A stretch of DNA of 64,000 bases from an uncultured Thermoprotei archaeon (GCA_965367815.1 CBDUKN010000002.1:122438-186437); one strand, 5' to 3'; shown: positions 48,177 through 58,849, numbered from the stretch's first letter. A program made the numbers and translations. Notes: a model not told the origin generated them from the sequence alone.

Positions 48177-49581
48177 CTGAAATAATCTCTCTTAAAGCCT
48201 CCACAAGACAATCTAAATCTTCTTTCGTGTGAATCTCAGTAGTACAGAAAAGTGCCGCGTTTTCCAATTGGGGGAAATATTTACTCAGTTCAAGTCCACC
48301 TATAATATTTCTTTTAAGAAGCTCTCTATTTATATGCTCCACACTTATGCTAATCTTACTAAAGTCTACTACAAACTCTTTGAAGAACGCTGATTTAAAT
48401 AAAGGGGCCACTACACCTTCAATAGAGTTAAGTTGCTTAGCTAAGTAATGCGAATTATACAGTATTATTTCACATAATTTACGCAAACCCTTAGGTCCGA
48501 GGAGAGACAAATATACTGCAGCAGCTATCGCGCAAAGAGTTTCATTCGTACATATGTTTGATGTAGCTCTTTCTCTTCTAATGTGCTGTTCTCTGGTTTG
48601 CCACACCATGCAGAATCCTCTTTGAGACCCATCAAGCGTAGTAGTCATGCCGATAAGTCTTCCAGGCATTTTTCTAGCAAGCTTCAAGTCTCTTACACCA
48701 AATATTCCCAACAACGGTCCCCCATAGTTGAGTCCCAGACCTAAAGGCTGTCCTTCTCCAACAACAATATCGGCGTCATAATCTGCCGGAGGCTTGAGTA
48801 TTCCTAAGCTAATGGGATCTACACTGACTACCAGTAGTGCTCCTTTACTGTGAGCTATTTCAGCTATTTCATCGGGCTTCTCCTCAATAAAGCCTAAGAA
48901 AGAAGGTACTTCTAGACAGACTGCCGCAGTATCGTCATCTATTTTGTTTTGCAGATCATCCCTATTCATATAACCTGTTTCTTTGCAGTAGTCTACCTCC
49001 ACTATCTTGATGCCCTGATACTTCGTGTAGGTTTTAGCTACTTCTAAGTACTGTGGATTCATAGTACGTGGAACAAGAACCTTGCTTCGTCCATTTACTC
49101 TTTTAGCCATAAGTATAGCTTCAGCTAACGCGGTTGATCCATCGTAGAGTGAAGCATTAACTACCTCCATGCCCGTTAAATCAGCTATCATACTTTGGTA
49201 CTCAAAAAGGGCTTGAAGCATACCTTGAGAAATTTCAGCTTGATAAGGAGTATACGATGTATAAAATTCACTACGTCTAACTATTTCTTTAACGACTGCT
49301 GGAACATAATGAGGCCAGCATCCAGCACCTCTAAAGCACTTTAACTCAAGTAAAGACTTATTTCTCTTCAAAATCTGCTTGACTTTTCTCCACACAAGGT
49401 ATTCTGAAACTGATTGCTCAATTTCCAAATCTATTTTAGCTTTTTCTCGAATTTCTCTAGGAATATCACTAAACAAATCCTCTACGTCATTCGCCCCTAT
49501 TTCACTCAGCATCTCGTCAAATATTTTCTGCGAAGAATTCGGTATCCAGGGATGGCTTTCCATACAGCTCCCAGTAAACAT
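48160..49581 (-). CDS. gcvPA: Glycine dehydrogenase (decarboxylating) subunit 1
   Basis: YTPYQAEISQG, NASLYDG, TREQHIRRERATSNICTN; the start may be ATG 49563. Confidence 0.96.
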   Translation of the reverse strand: MFTGSCMESHPWIPNSSQKIFDEMLSEIGANDVEDLFSDIPREIREKAKIDLEIEQSVSEYLVWRKVKQILKRNKSLLELKCFRGAGCWPHYVPAVVKEIVRRSEFYTSYTPYQAEISQGMLQALFEYQSMIADLTGMEVVNASLYDGSTALAEAILMAKRVNGRSKVLVPRTMNPQYLEVAKTYTKYQGIKIVEVDYCKETGYMNRDDLQNKIDDDTAAVCLEVPSFLGFIEEKPDEIAEIAHSKGALLVVSVDPISLGILKPPADYDADIVVGEGQPLGLGLNYGGPLLGIFGVRDLKLARKMPGRLIGMTTTLDGSQRGFCMVWQTREQHIRRERATSNICTNETLCAIAAAVYLSLLGPKGLRKLCEIILYNSHYLAKQLNSIEGVVAPLFKSAFFKEFVVDFSKISISVEHINRELLKRNIIGGLELSKYFPQLENAALFCTTEIHTKEDLDCLVEALREIISGENNV

Positions 49582-49659
49582 TTCGTGTAGTAGTTTATTA
49601 TCCTAAGCTTAAATCTGGACTTAGTGCTTAGCGATATATACTTACAGAGCTAAAAAGAA

Positions 49660-50745
49660 TTGATGGTACAACTTAAAACACCTCTTTACGAAGAACACGT
49701 TAAGCTGGGTGCGACAATCTCCAACTTTGCCGGCTGGTCTATGCCCATAGTATATGAGAGCACTATTAAGGAGCATTTGTCTGTTAGAAAAAGTGCAGGA
49801 GTATTCGATGTCTCTCACATGGCACGTATATTGGTTAAGGGACCTGACTCAGCAAATCTCTTGCAAAAACTAGTTGCAAAGAATATAGAGAAAGCTAAAG
49901 AAGGACGAATGTTAGGGCCCACGGCGTTTCTAAATGAGAAAGGAGGATTTATAGACGATATAATGGTTTATAAGCTAAGCGAGAAAGAGTTTCTTATTGT
50001 CGGAAACGCTGTAAATAGAGAAAAAGATGTTAACTGGATTAAACGCTTCGTCGAAGGACTCGAAGTAGAAATAGTGGACCTAACTTTCGAAATAGCAATG
50101 ATAGCTCTCCAAGGACCTGATAGCTCGAAGATAATGAAGAAATTGTCTTCAAGCAATATCGAAGACTTAGATTTTCTCCACTTTAAGAAAGACGCTGAAG
50201 TAGCTGGTGTAAAAAGCTTCCTTGTGAGCAGAAGCGGGTGGACAGGTGAAGATGGCTATGAAATAATGGTTCCCTCAAACTACGCTTCAAAAGTATGGTC
50301 GGCGCTAATTGAAGCTGGAGCAACTCCTTGCGGGCTCGCCGCAAGAGATTCACTTAGAATAGAAATGGGGTACTGCCTCTACGGCGAAGACATAGATGAA
50401 AATATTACTCCGCTTGAAGCGAGATACTGGGTATTCACGTTTAACAAACCTCCGTATATCGGATACAAGGCTTTGCTTAAGAAATATGAAGAAGGAGTAG
50501 ATAAAATACGTGTAGGAATAAAGCTTAAAGAAAGAACCGTACCGCGGAGAGGACATAAAGTATACATGGGAGAAACATGCGTAGGAGAAATCACTAGCGG
50601 AACTTTCTCTCCAATACTCAACTGCGGTATAGGAATAGCTTATATTGATTCCAAGCACGCGCTGATTGGAGCTCCTGTAGTAGTTGACATAAGGGGCAAG
50701 AAAAGGAAAGCTAAAATAGTAGACTTTCCCTTTATAACAAAGTAA
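49660..50745 (+). CDS. gcvT: Aminomethyltransferase (glycine cleavage T protein)
   Basis: FDVSHM, SRSGWTGEDGYE, GLAARDSLRIE. Confidence 0.96.
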   Translation: MMVQLKTPLYEEHVKLGATISNFAGWSMPIVYESTIKEHLSVRKSAGVFDVSHMARILVKGPDSANLLQKLVAKNIEKAKEGRMLGPTAFLNEKGGFIDDIMVYKLSEKEFLIVGNAVNREKDVNWIKRFVEGLEVEIVDLTFEIAMIALQGPDSSKIMKKLSSSNIEDLDFLHFKKDAEVAGVKSFLVSRSGWTGEDGYEIMVPSNYASKVWSALIEAGATPCGLAARDSLRIEMGYCLYGEDIDENITPLEARYWVFTFNKPPYIGYKALLKKYEEGVDKIRVGIKLKERTVPRRGHKVYMGETCVGEITSGTFSPILNCGIGIAYIDSKHALIGAPVVVDIRGKKRKAKIVDFPFITK

Positions 50746-50755
50746 AGGTGATAAA

Positions 50756-51160
50756 ATGAAGTATAAGGAATACGAAGTAAATGAAAACGTATTATACACT
50801 AAAACACACGAGTGGGCAAAAATAGAGAATGGAAAAGCCCGAGTTGGATTAACAGACTACGCTGTAAAGAAACTCAAAGATATAGTTTACATAGAGCCAG
50901 TAGACATAGGTCAGCACGTAAAGAAAGGAGAACCTGTAGCCGCAATAGACTCTATAAAGGCGTCTGAAAACGTCTATGCACCTGTTTCAGGAAAAGTAGT
51001 TGAAATAAACTCTAAGGTAGTTGAAGACCCTACACTTATAAACAAAGATCCATACGGAGAAGGCTGGATACTAGTAATAGAGATAGAGAAGCCGGAAGAG
51101 GTAGATGAACTACTCAAGCCTGAAGATTACGTCAAGTTACTCGAGGAAGAAGAACACTAA
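50756..51160 (+). CDS. gcvH: Glycine cleavage H protein
   Basis: YTKTHEW, DSIKA lipoyl-Lys motif, DPYGEGW. Confidence 0.95.
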   Translation: MKYKEYEVNENVLYTKTHEWAKIENGKARVGLTDYAVKKLKDIVYIEPVDIGQHVKKGEPVAAIDSIKASENVYAPVSGKVVEINSKVVEDPTLINKDPYGEGWILVIEIEKPEEVDELLKPEDYVKLLEEEEH

Positions 51161-52266
51161 ATAACTTTAACCATCTTTTCCTCTCTGTAATCTATTATAA
51201 CCCTGATATATCCTTTAAAGAGACTATCAAGTTCTGGATCCCCTGTATCTACTCTCAACACTGGTGTATGAACAATTTTTGCTTTAGTTGCAACTACTAT
51301 AACATTATTTCTGCCTACTTTCTTCAAGACCCTGGAGCTAATTTGTTGATTACCTCTACCGAAAATAAAGCCTTGAGCACCTATAGGAGATACTATAATT
51401 TTTACCTTATCATACTTATTAAGTAAATTCAATAGAATTTTTTCATTTACATCTTTCGCTATAATTTTGCCATTATATACTACATCTACTCCTAAGAGAG
51501 TTTTCTTTACGCCCAGTACATCAGCTATAGCTTTGACCGTTGTACCCGGTCCTAAAATATATAGGCAGTCTTTCTCCATTTCCTCAACGACATACCTCGC
51601 TATAGCTTTTTGATTATCTAATTCAGAATCCGTTAAAACTGTAGGCTCCTTCGATTCTTGAACATAACGTGGATCATAAGGCGTTAATGCGTAGCCATAA
51701 AGCTTTACTGAAAGCCTATTTTCACGGAACGCCTCTTCGTCTATGTCGAGTACTTCAACATAACGTATGCCTGCTTTCCCCTCGATAAACAATTTCAGCA
51801 TAGATGCCGCTGCCTGAGGAGTAGCGGCAAATACTCCACTGTACATTTTAACCCCTGAAGGCACGCCGAGTATAGGGACTTTAGTGTCCACGCTCTTCAA
51901 AACATCTCTAGCAGTCCCGTCTCCACCAACAAACACAAGTATATCTGCTCCTTTGTCCACCATTTCTTTAGCTATTCTAATGGTGTCTTCGGCGGTAGTT
52001 TCTTCACCAACTTCACCAATTACGGTAAACTGTTTTAACAGGCCTTTGGACTCGTACTCCCCCATAGCCTTGGGAGCAACTAGAAAATCCGCATCGATGC
52101 CGAGTCTAACAAGCTCCCTTAAGAAAACCGAGGCGCGCCTGGGAGCTACAGGCTCTGCACCAAGCTCAATGGCTTTCTTAAGAATCTCCTTGCCGTCAGT
52201 TCCTTTTAGGCCTACAGCGCCTCCCATGCCGGCAATAGGATTGACTATAAAGCCTATTTTCTTCAC
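51157..52266 (-). CDS. ATP-NAD kinase family protein
   Basis: NPIAGMGG...KGTDG, GGDGTARD, GVKMYSGVF, GRGNQQ, VDTGD. Confidence 0.88.
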   Translation of the reverse strand: MKKIGFIVNPIAGMGGAVGLKGTDGKEILKKAIELGAEPVAPRRASVFLRELVRLGIDADFLVAPKAMGEYESKGLLKQFTVIGEVGEETTAEDTIRIAKEMVDKGADILVFVGGDGTARDVLKSVDTKVPILGVPSGVKMYSGVFAATPQAAASMLKLFIEGKAGIRYVEVLDIDEEAFRENRLSVKLYGYALTPYDPRYVQESKEPTVLTDSELDNQKAIARYVVEEMEKDCLYILGPGTTVKAIADVLGVKKTLLGVDVVYNGKIIAKDVNEKILLNLLNKYDKVKIIVSPIGAQGFIFGRGNQQISSRVLKKVGRNNVIVVATKAKIVHTPVLRVDTGDPELDSLFKGYIRVIIDYREEKMVKVI

Positions 52267-52304
52267 ACAAAATAGTTTAATAGCTTGCTAATAATAATTG
52301 TTTT

Positions 52305-52577
52305 GTGACGAAAGCTGTCTACAAAGCGGCTAAAGGAGTCATTAAGATCGACTTAAGCTTAACTGACGGAAAAATATCCGATATTAGGATTGCTGGAGAC
52401 TTCTTTATTCACCCTGAAGAAAAGCTCTGGTCTCTTGAAGAATTCCTTAAAGGAAAAGCCTTAAGCGAAATAGACAAAATAATAGTGGACTTCTTTAAGA
52501 CCATTGAATCGCCTGGTGTTACGGCAGAAGACTTTATTAAAGCCATAAAGCTAGCGGCAGGTGAAAAGAATGTCTAA
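52305..52577 (+). CDS. Lipoate-protein ligase accessory subunit (LplB-like, stand-alone C-terminal domain)
   Basis: K...G.I, I.GDFFIHPEE, LE..L.G. Confidence 0.85.
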   Translation: MTKAVYKAAKGVIKIDLSLTDGKISDIRIAGDFFIHPEEKLWSLEEFLKGKALSEIDKIIVDFFKTIESPGVTAEDFIKAIKLAAGEKNV

Positions 52578-53394
52578 GCTTAGAGTTTTAGTCATAGAGA
52601 AGCCGGAAAATGCCTACTTGAACTTGGCTATCGAAGAAGCTATAGCTAGAGCTAAAGGAAGAAAACTAGTTCCAGATACTCTTCGTATATGGAGAAACAA
52701 GAATGCTGTTGTCATGGGACTTTTCCAAATAACTGAAGATGAAGTAAATATAGAAGAAAGCAATAAGCTATCTGTACAAGTAGTTAGAAGATTCACTGGA
52801 GGAGGAGCTGTTTACCACGACTTAGGTAACGTAAATTATGCTATAGCACTGCATCGAGAAGATAGAAGACCGCCTACCTCTATACTCGAATCATACAGGT
52901 ATTTTGGCCAGGCCGTAGTCTACGCGTTAAAGAGACTTGGCGTAGAAGACGCAGGGTTAGGCAAAGTAAACGACATAGTTATAGGCAAAAGAAAGGTAGG
53001 GGGCACTGCTCAGACAAGAATGTTCAATACTATTTTCTATCACGGAACTCTTCTAGTAGATACCGACACAGAGAAAATGGCTAGGTTACTGAAGATACCG
53101 AAGGCTAAGCTCTCTGATAAAGGAGTATCTTCTCTCAAAGAACGTGTAGTAAATGTTAAAGAGGTCTTAGAAAGCCTTCCAAGCTTCGACGAAGTAATTC
53201 AAGCATTAGTAGAAGGATTCAGCAAAGTACTTGGCGTAAATAACATAGAAATGTGCGACGACTTAACCGACATCGAGTGGGAAATAGCTTATGATCTATA
53301 CGAAAACAAGTACAGTAAAGACAAGTGGAACATGGGCAGAGTAGACAAGAAATATTTATTCTATACTCCTAAAGTTTTACGCAACAATTCGTAA
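52570..53394 (+). CDS. lplA: Lipoate-protein ligase A catalytic subunit
   Basis: [21 protein letters not shown]...[13 protein letters not shown]. Confidence 0.92.
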   Translation: MSKLRVLVIEKPENAYLNLAIEEAIARAKGRKLVPDTLRIWRNKNAVVMGLFQITEDEVNIEESNKLSVQVVRRFTGGGAVYHDLGNVNYAIALHREDRRPPTSILESYRYFGQAVVYALKRLGVEDAGLGKVNDIVIGKRKVGGTAQTRMFNTIFYHGTLLVDTDTEKMARLLKIPKAKLSDKGVSSLKERVVNVKEVLESLPSFDEVIQALVEGFSKVLGVNNIEMCDDLTDIEWEIAYDLYENKYSKDKWNMGRVDKKYLFYTPKVLRNNS

Positions 53395-53855
53395 ATTTCA
53401 GGAGACAATTTATGTCTTCTAACAATTATATTTGCTTCTTCAAGCATTTCTTTGGATAACTTATCTTCGTAGTCTGAATCATATACAACTTCCTTTATTT
53501 CAGCATTAATTATCATTTTCGCACATATCACGCAAGGAAAGGTAGTAGAATACAGAGTAGCACCTTTAGTCGACACACCAAATACGGCTGCCTGAATTAT
53601 TGCATTTTGTTCTGCATGAAGACCTCTACACAGCTCGTGCCGCTCACCCGAAGGAATCTTGAGTCTTTCTCTAATACAGCCAGTTACTGAGCAGTGAGGG
53701 AGTCCTTTAGGAGCCCCATTGTATCCTGTAGAAAGAATACGGTTATCTTTAACTAAAACAGCTCCTACTTTTCTTCTCAGACAGGTCGAGCGTAGTTTAA
53801 CTATATGCGCTATAAGCATAAAGTAGTCGTCCCATGAAGGTCTCTTCTCACCCAC
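53361..53855 (-). CDS. dCMP deaminase (ComEB family)
   Basis: [33 protein letters not shown]; likely start GTG 53855. Confidence 0.93.
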   Translation of the reverse strand: MGEKRPSWDDYFMLIAHIVKLRSTCLRRKVGAVLVKDNRILSTGYNGAPKGLPHCSVTGCIRERLKIPSGERHELCRGLHAEQNAIIQAAVFGVSTKGATLYSTTFPCVICAKMIINAEIKEVVYDSDYEDKLSKEMLEEANIIVRRHKLSPEIYELLRKTLGV

Positions 53856-53859
53856 GCTT

Positions 53860-54927
53860 TCACTTGAGCTTCCAGTACTTATTAAAGAATCTTTTAGCAT
53901 ATTTAATAGTATCTAGGACTTCCGCTTTAAATGAAGAATACGTCGTAGTACGCGCCTCTAAGCTATCATATTCTTCAGCTTCAGCCAACTTTACTAGATA
54001 GTATATGGTTTCAGCCATACCAGAACTATATCCTCCCTCAAGTGAAGCTACACATCCTACTTTAAGCTCTTTAAAAACACTACATATGACCATCAAATAT
54101 GCTTTAGCATAACCCTCACTACTTAAATTCATGTCAGTTAGAGGATCTAGGTAATGTGCGTCAAATCCAGCTGATAGCAAAAGAAACTCGGGTTTAAAGT
54201 CAAGCAGTACTGGTAAAACAATTTCATCTATTGCTTTTAAATAATCATTATCACCTGTCAGAGGAGGCAATGGGATATTTACTTTAGTTCCCTCCGCTTC
54301 ACCCTTACCTGCTTGCTCGATAAAACCTGTTCCAGGGTAAATTACCCGCGGATCTTCATGCAAACTAATGTAAAGAACCCTTGGATCTTCTTCAAAAATT
54401 TCCTGCGTACCATTGCCGTGATGACAATCTAGGTCAACAATCGCAACTTTCCTCAATTTACACTTTTCTATGAGCCACTTAGCAGCAATAGCAACATTAT
54501 TGAAAATACAGAACCCTTGCGACGGCGCACCTAAAGCTACTCCATCTATTCCAGCATGGTGACCGGGAGGCCTCACTAGGGCTGATATGAAATCATATTC
54601 TTTGGATAAAATACGCTTACATGCACTAATTACAGCCGATACTGCAGAAAGAGCTACACTAAAAGTCTTTTTACACACATAAGTATCTGTATCAAGCGGA
54701 ATTTCTTCTTCAGAAAAAACCTTAACTTTCTCTATGTACTCACTCGTATGCACAAGTCCTAAAATCTCCTCATCTACCTGCTCAAACGAAATTAAAGGAA
54801 GCTTACTCAAAATATTTTTTGACTCTAAATAACTGACAATTGTATCGAGTCTTGAAGGAGATTCAGGATGCACGAAACAAGGCTTATGCTCCTTAAACAC
54901 CGGAGAGTAACACAGAGCAACCTTCAC
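53860..54927 (-). CDS. Histone deacetylase family protein
   Basis: [41 protein letters not shown]. Confidence 0.94.
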   Translation of the reverse strand: MKVALCYSPVFKEHKPCFVHPESPSRLDTIVSYLESKNILSKLPLISFEQVDEEILGLVHTSEYIEKVKVFSEEEIPLDTDTYVCKKTFSVALSAVSAVISACKRILSKEYDFISALVRPPGHHAGIDGVALGAPSQGFCIFNNVAIAAKWLIEKCKLRKVAIVDLDCHHGNGTQEIFEEDPRVLYISLHEDPRVIYPGTGFIEQAGKGEAEGTKVNIPLPPLTGDNDYLKAIDEIVLPVLLDFKPEFLLLSAGFDAHYLDPLTDMNLSSEGYAKAYLMVICSVFKELKVGCVASLEGGYSSGMAETIYYLVKLAEAEEYDSLEARTTTYSSFKAEVLDTIKYAKRFFNKYWKLK

Positions 54928-54968
54928 ATAACTAAGTATATTAAGACCCTCTTAAAATATTACATTGG

Positions 54969-55020
54969 GTGATGAACCTCACGGTAGCAATGATTTGATG
55001 AAGAAACGCACCTCCACTGA
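54969..55020 (+). ncRNA. Box C/D guide sRNA
   Basis: GTGATGA-ACCTCACGGTAGCA-ATGA-TTTG-ATGAAGA-AACGCACCTCCA-CTGA. Confidence 0.82.
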
Positions 55021-55163
55021 CTTCTACTCGACTTCTTTATTCTCGCCGTTTACATATGCTTTTGACTACACTATGTATTGCAAAGGCTTTAACTGTACTC
55101 GTATCTCTCATACTGTTTTATTCAAAAAACTTAATTATTTAAAAGAGAATATAGTATTAGCGA

Positions 55164-56459
55164 ATGGAAGCGAAAAAGGAGAGAGTATCTCTGGCTCGCG
55201 ACAAAATATATAGACTGAAGGGCCCAGCAATGATGGTTTTGACTAAAGGAAGAATTTTCGCTTTAGGTAGGGAGCTTACGAGTAGGGAAAAAATAGTAGT
55301 TCCTAGGTCGAGAATACTTTGCTTTAAAACACTTGAAGATAGTGAAGTAGAAATTGTTGTTGGAAGTGAAGGTAGTTTTGAAGAAGCATCAAGTGAAGAA
55401 GAAGTTATAGACATATGGAACACAGAAATCGATAGAATACTCGACAGTAAAGTGTCTTCAGTTCTAGTTCTAGGACCTGTTGATGTTGGAAAGACTACTT
55501 TTTGTTGCTTTATGGCAAATAAAGCTCTCGCTAAAAATTACAGTGTTTACGTAATAGACGCTGATATAGGGCAGGCCGATATAGGTCCTCCCACTACTAT
55601 TAGTGCTGGAAGAGTGGATAAGCCGATATTTTCTCTGAGAGAACTTAAGCCGAAATACATGGCTTTCATAGGCGTAGATAGCCCTATGAATGTAAAAGAG
55701 AGAGTTATTGCTGGCTTAAAATTAATTTATGAAAAAGTAATGAAATATGAAAAAACCGATATAGTGATCATTAATACCGATGGCTGGACTCAGGGGTCTA
55801 AGGCCCATGAATATAAGTTAGCAATAGCATCTGTAATTAACCCGGATGCTATTGTTTTATTGCAGAAAGACACACCAGAACTGGATAATATAATTCCAGT
55901 ATTAAGGAAAATGTCTAAGCTATTTATTCTTCCTTCACCTAAAGCAGCTAAGGCTAGAGATCGCTATGAAAGAAAAATGTTTAGGGAGTCCTCTTACTTG
56001 CGCTTTATAAATAACTTGAAACTTAAAGCAGTAAGTGCTGAAAAATGTCCTCTTCTCTATACACATTTATTTAAGGGATGTCCACTGAACGACGATGAGA
56101 AAAAGGCTCTAGAATTACACTTAGGAGCTCGAGTACTATACTCTGAAGAAACCTGTGATAGAGTAATAATTATCGTAGATAAGCCTATTCCGAGAGAAAA
56201 AATAGAGGAACTTAGAGCACTTTACGGTAAAGAAGTTTTCATAATTGTTAAAGGCTACGAGAAAGGACTTCTAGTAGGCCTGCTCGATAAAGAAATGTTG
56301 TGCCAAGGTATAGGTTTGTTAGAAGAAATAGACTTTGATACGAAAACTCTGAAAATAAAAACAAACGTATCAAGTGATCCTCAATATATAGCTTTCGGTC
56401 AAGTAAAGTTAAATGAAAAGGGCGAAGAGATAGGCAAGTTTAGGGACTGGTTTTTGTAA
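55164..56459 (+). CDS. Clp1/Nol9-family polynucleotide 5'-kinase
   Basis: GPVDVGKT, DADIGQ...PPTT, INTDGW, R..R...RE. Confidence 0.9.
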   Translation: MEAKKERVSLARDKIYRLKGPAMMVLTKGRIFALGRELTSREKIVVPRSRILCFKTLEDSEVEIVVGSEGSFEEASSEEEVIDIWNTEIDRILDSKVSSVLVLGPVDVGKTTFCCFMANKALAKNYSVYVIDADIGQADIGPPTTISAGRVDKPIFSLRELKPKYMAFIGVDSPMNVKERVIAGLKLIYEKVMKYEKTDIVIINTDGWTQGSKAHEYKLAIASVINPDAIVLLQKDTPELDNIIPVLRKMSKLFILPSPKAAKARDRYERKMFRESSYLRFINNLKLKAVSAEKCPLLYTHLFKGCPLNDDEKKALELHLGARVLYSEETCDRVIIIVDKPIPREKIEELRALYGKEVFIIVKGYEKGLLVGLLDKEMLCQGIGLLEEIDFDTKTLKIKTNVSSDPQYIAFGQVKLNEKGEEIGKFRDWFL

Positions 56460-56908
56460 TGGTGCAGGAAAATATCTTTGAAAAAAACATTCTTATAGTC
56501 TATCACTATTCTCCGAAGAACTATAGCCTGCTATTAAATACTATACAACGGTATAAGAATAAAGCTAAAAAAATACTAGTAATATCTTTTGATACACCTC
56601 TCCATGAAAGAAAAAATATTGTAGAAACAATTAATTCTTTAAGAGAAATTAAACTTGATCATATAATATTCGAGTTAAATGAAATAAATAGCCCTTTCTT
56701 TATTCTTTTAAAGAGGTCGAAGTGCTACTACTGTAAATCAATAAGATATTCACTATTACGTAGAATTTTTGGAGAAAAAATAGAGATAATTGATTTGGAA
56801 TATCCGTCTGAGAAACATGAAGATGTCTTTAAAGCAGCTAGAGAGAACAATATTATTCTGTTAGAAGGAGATACTGTTTGTAAGTATTGTAGTTTAAGAA
56901 AAGTTTAA
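56459..56908 (+). CDS. Hypothetical protein, degenerate PP-loop/LarE-like
   Basis: DTP and CYYCK...Y motifs, but no SGGxDS. Confidence 0.45.
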   Translation: MVQENIFEKNILIVYHYSPKNYSLLLNTIQRYKNKAKKILVISFDTPLHERKNIVETINSLREIKLDHIIFELNEINSPFFILLKRSKCYYCKSIRYSLLRRIFGEKIEIIDLEYPSEKHEDVFKAARENNIILLEGDTVCKYCSLRKV

Positions 56909-56934
56909 AAATAAAGATTTAGTTCCATGAAATA

Positions 56935-58098
56935 GTGCGTAAGAGAGCACTCTTGTGCATGGTTAAGACAGATCCACATGACCATACGCTGTATAAAATA
57001 AGGCTAACTGAGCTGGCTCAGTTAGCCGAGGTAGCGGGCTATAAAGTAGTGGATACTGTTATTCAAGTTAGGCGTCGTGAACATAGTAGTTACTGCTTAG
57101 GTAAAGGTAAGGTGCAGGAAGTAAAAGAGCTTGTTAAGAAACTAGAAATAGATACTGTAATATTTTATAATATTTTGAAGAGTAATCAAAAATATAATTT
57201 AGAGAAGCAACTGAATGTAGAAGTAATAGATAGATATGATTTAACTCTTGAGATTTTCGATAAATCTGCTTCGGATAAAATATCTAAGCTACAGATAGAA
57301 TTAGCTAGATTAACTAAAGCGTTCCCCTACGAGAAATTAAAGGCTGCCGTGAAATATTTGGTAGAACACCCAGGTAAAAAGAGCATGGGTGAATACGCTT
57401 ATCACAGTGTTATCAAGCAGTTGAGAAAAAGAATTAAGAAAGTTAGAAAAGAACTTGAAGCTTTGATAGAAATTCATGAAAAGAGAATAAGAGAAAGAAA
57501 AGAGAAAGGAAAGCCCATTGTATGTCTTACAGGCTATTATGGCGCAGGGAAAACAAGTATTTTTAATGCTTTAACAGGTCTAAATAAACCGGTTACAGGA
57601 AAGCCTTTCACTACGCTTTCAAGTAAATATTACTTAATAAGTAATCATACTTCGGAGCTATTTATAATAGACACAATTGGTTTTGCTCTAGACTTAGACC
57701 CTAGATTAATTGATTCATTTAAATTAACTCTCAATGATATAAAGGCTTCAGATATTGTATTGCTTATAGTAGACATTTCTGATCCCTTAGGTTTACTGCT
57801 ATTAAAGCTTAAAACATCTCTAAATATTTTGAAGGATTTAGGCATAACTTATGATAAAATAATACTTGTATTAAACAAGATAGATAAAATAAGTGAAGAA
57901 GAATTGAAACAAAAACTTGTTTTTCTGCATCCGTATATGTCAATATTTACATATGTTCTTGTTTCAGCTAAGACGGGTAGGGGTCTTGATGAACTCTTGG
58001 CTAAAATAGAGAATAAGCTAAGCGAACATAAAGCTCCTACTCTTCGCCAGGAGGTAGGTGGTACCACGCAATCTTCCCATTTTGCCAGTCTCTTATAA
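56935..58098 (+). CDS. hflX: GTPase HflX
   Basis: LGKGK..E, VIDR..L.LEIF, KLQIELARL, GYYGAGKTS, FTTL, DTIGF, NKID, SAK. Confidence 0.92.
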   Translation: MRKRALLCMVKTDPHDHTLYKIRLTELAQLAEVAGYKVVDTVIQVRRREHSSYCLGKGKVQEVKELVKKLEIDTVIFYNILKSNQKYNLEKQLNVEVIDRYDLTLEIFDKSASDKISKLQIELARLTKAFPYEKLKAAVKYLVEHPGKKSMGEYAYHSVIKQLRKRIKKVRKELEALIEIHEKRIRERKEKGKPIVCLTGYYGAGKTSIFNALTGLNKPVTGKPFTTLSSKYYLISNHTSELFIIDTIGFALDLDPRLIDSFKLTLNDIKASDIVLLIVDISDPLGLLLLKLKTSLNILKDLGITYDKIILVLNKIDKISEEELKQKLVFLHPYMSIFTYVLVSAKTGRGLDELLAKIENKLSEHKAPTLRQEVGGTTQSSHFASLL

Positions 58099-58849
58099 CT
58101 ATTTTAGCAGCCTCTTCTATTCTCGGCTCTCCACCTTTAGTTAAAAGTCCTCTCTTAATAGCCAATGCACGTAAGAACTCAAGAGGATCTTTTTCTTTAA
58201 TCGAGTATGTTTTCTCTAAAACTCCAGGAGCTACTTTATTCGCATACTCTATGAACTTTATTGCAGCTACTACAGGATCATCAAATCTCTCTGGAGGAGC
58301 TGCACACTTTAAGATTAAGTCGAGCTCATCTTTCTTTTCTACAGGAAGTACTCCAGGAGTATCTATTACTCTTAACCAGGTAGCTGCCTTCACTTGAGTT
58401 ATGTGTTTAGTAAATCCAGGCAGAGGAGAAGTTCCGACACTGTGTCTTCCTTTAAGTATGTTGATTATAGTGCTTTTGCCTACATTGGGGTATCCAACGA
58501 CTGCTACTTTGACTGGTCGCTTGTCACAAACCTTTTTGATCGCAATCCATAGTTTGCGTGTACCTAGTCGGGATGAAGCACTAACGTATATTGTGTAATA
58601 TTCTTTTGAAAGATATTTTTTCCACTTTTCTAAAATATCTCTTGGAACAAGGTCTGCTTTATTTATTACAATAACTAGTTTTTTGCCCATTTTGTCTACT
58701 AAGCGCTCTAAGGTCTCACACCTAGTTTTCATGGGTTCTCGGGCATCGATGACTTCTAGCACTACATCCGCCTCTCTAATAACTCTTTTAACTTTCCTCC
58801 ATACATCTCTCGGAGTAGTCATGGTCAATTCCCTCCAGCTCAACCTCAA
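58037..58849 (-). CDS. Circularly permuted GTPase (RbgA/YlqF family)
   Basis: EVIDAREP, NKADL (G4) before GYPNVGKS (G1), DTPG; the start may be ATG 58822. Confidence 0.93.
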   Translation of the reverse strand: MRLSWRELTMTTPRDVWRKVKRVIREADVVLEVIDAREPMKTRCETLERLVDKMGKKLVIVINKADLVPRDILEKWKKYLSKEYYTIYVSASSRLGTRKLWIAIKKVCDKRPVKVAVVGYPNVGKSTIINILKGRHSVGTSPLPGFTKHITQVKAATWLRVIDTPGVLPVEKKDELDLILKCAAPPERFDDPVVAAIKFIEYANKVAPGVLEKTYSIKEKDPLEFLRALAIKRGLLTKGGEPRIEEAAKIVIRDWQNGKIAWYHLPPGEE

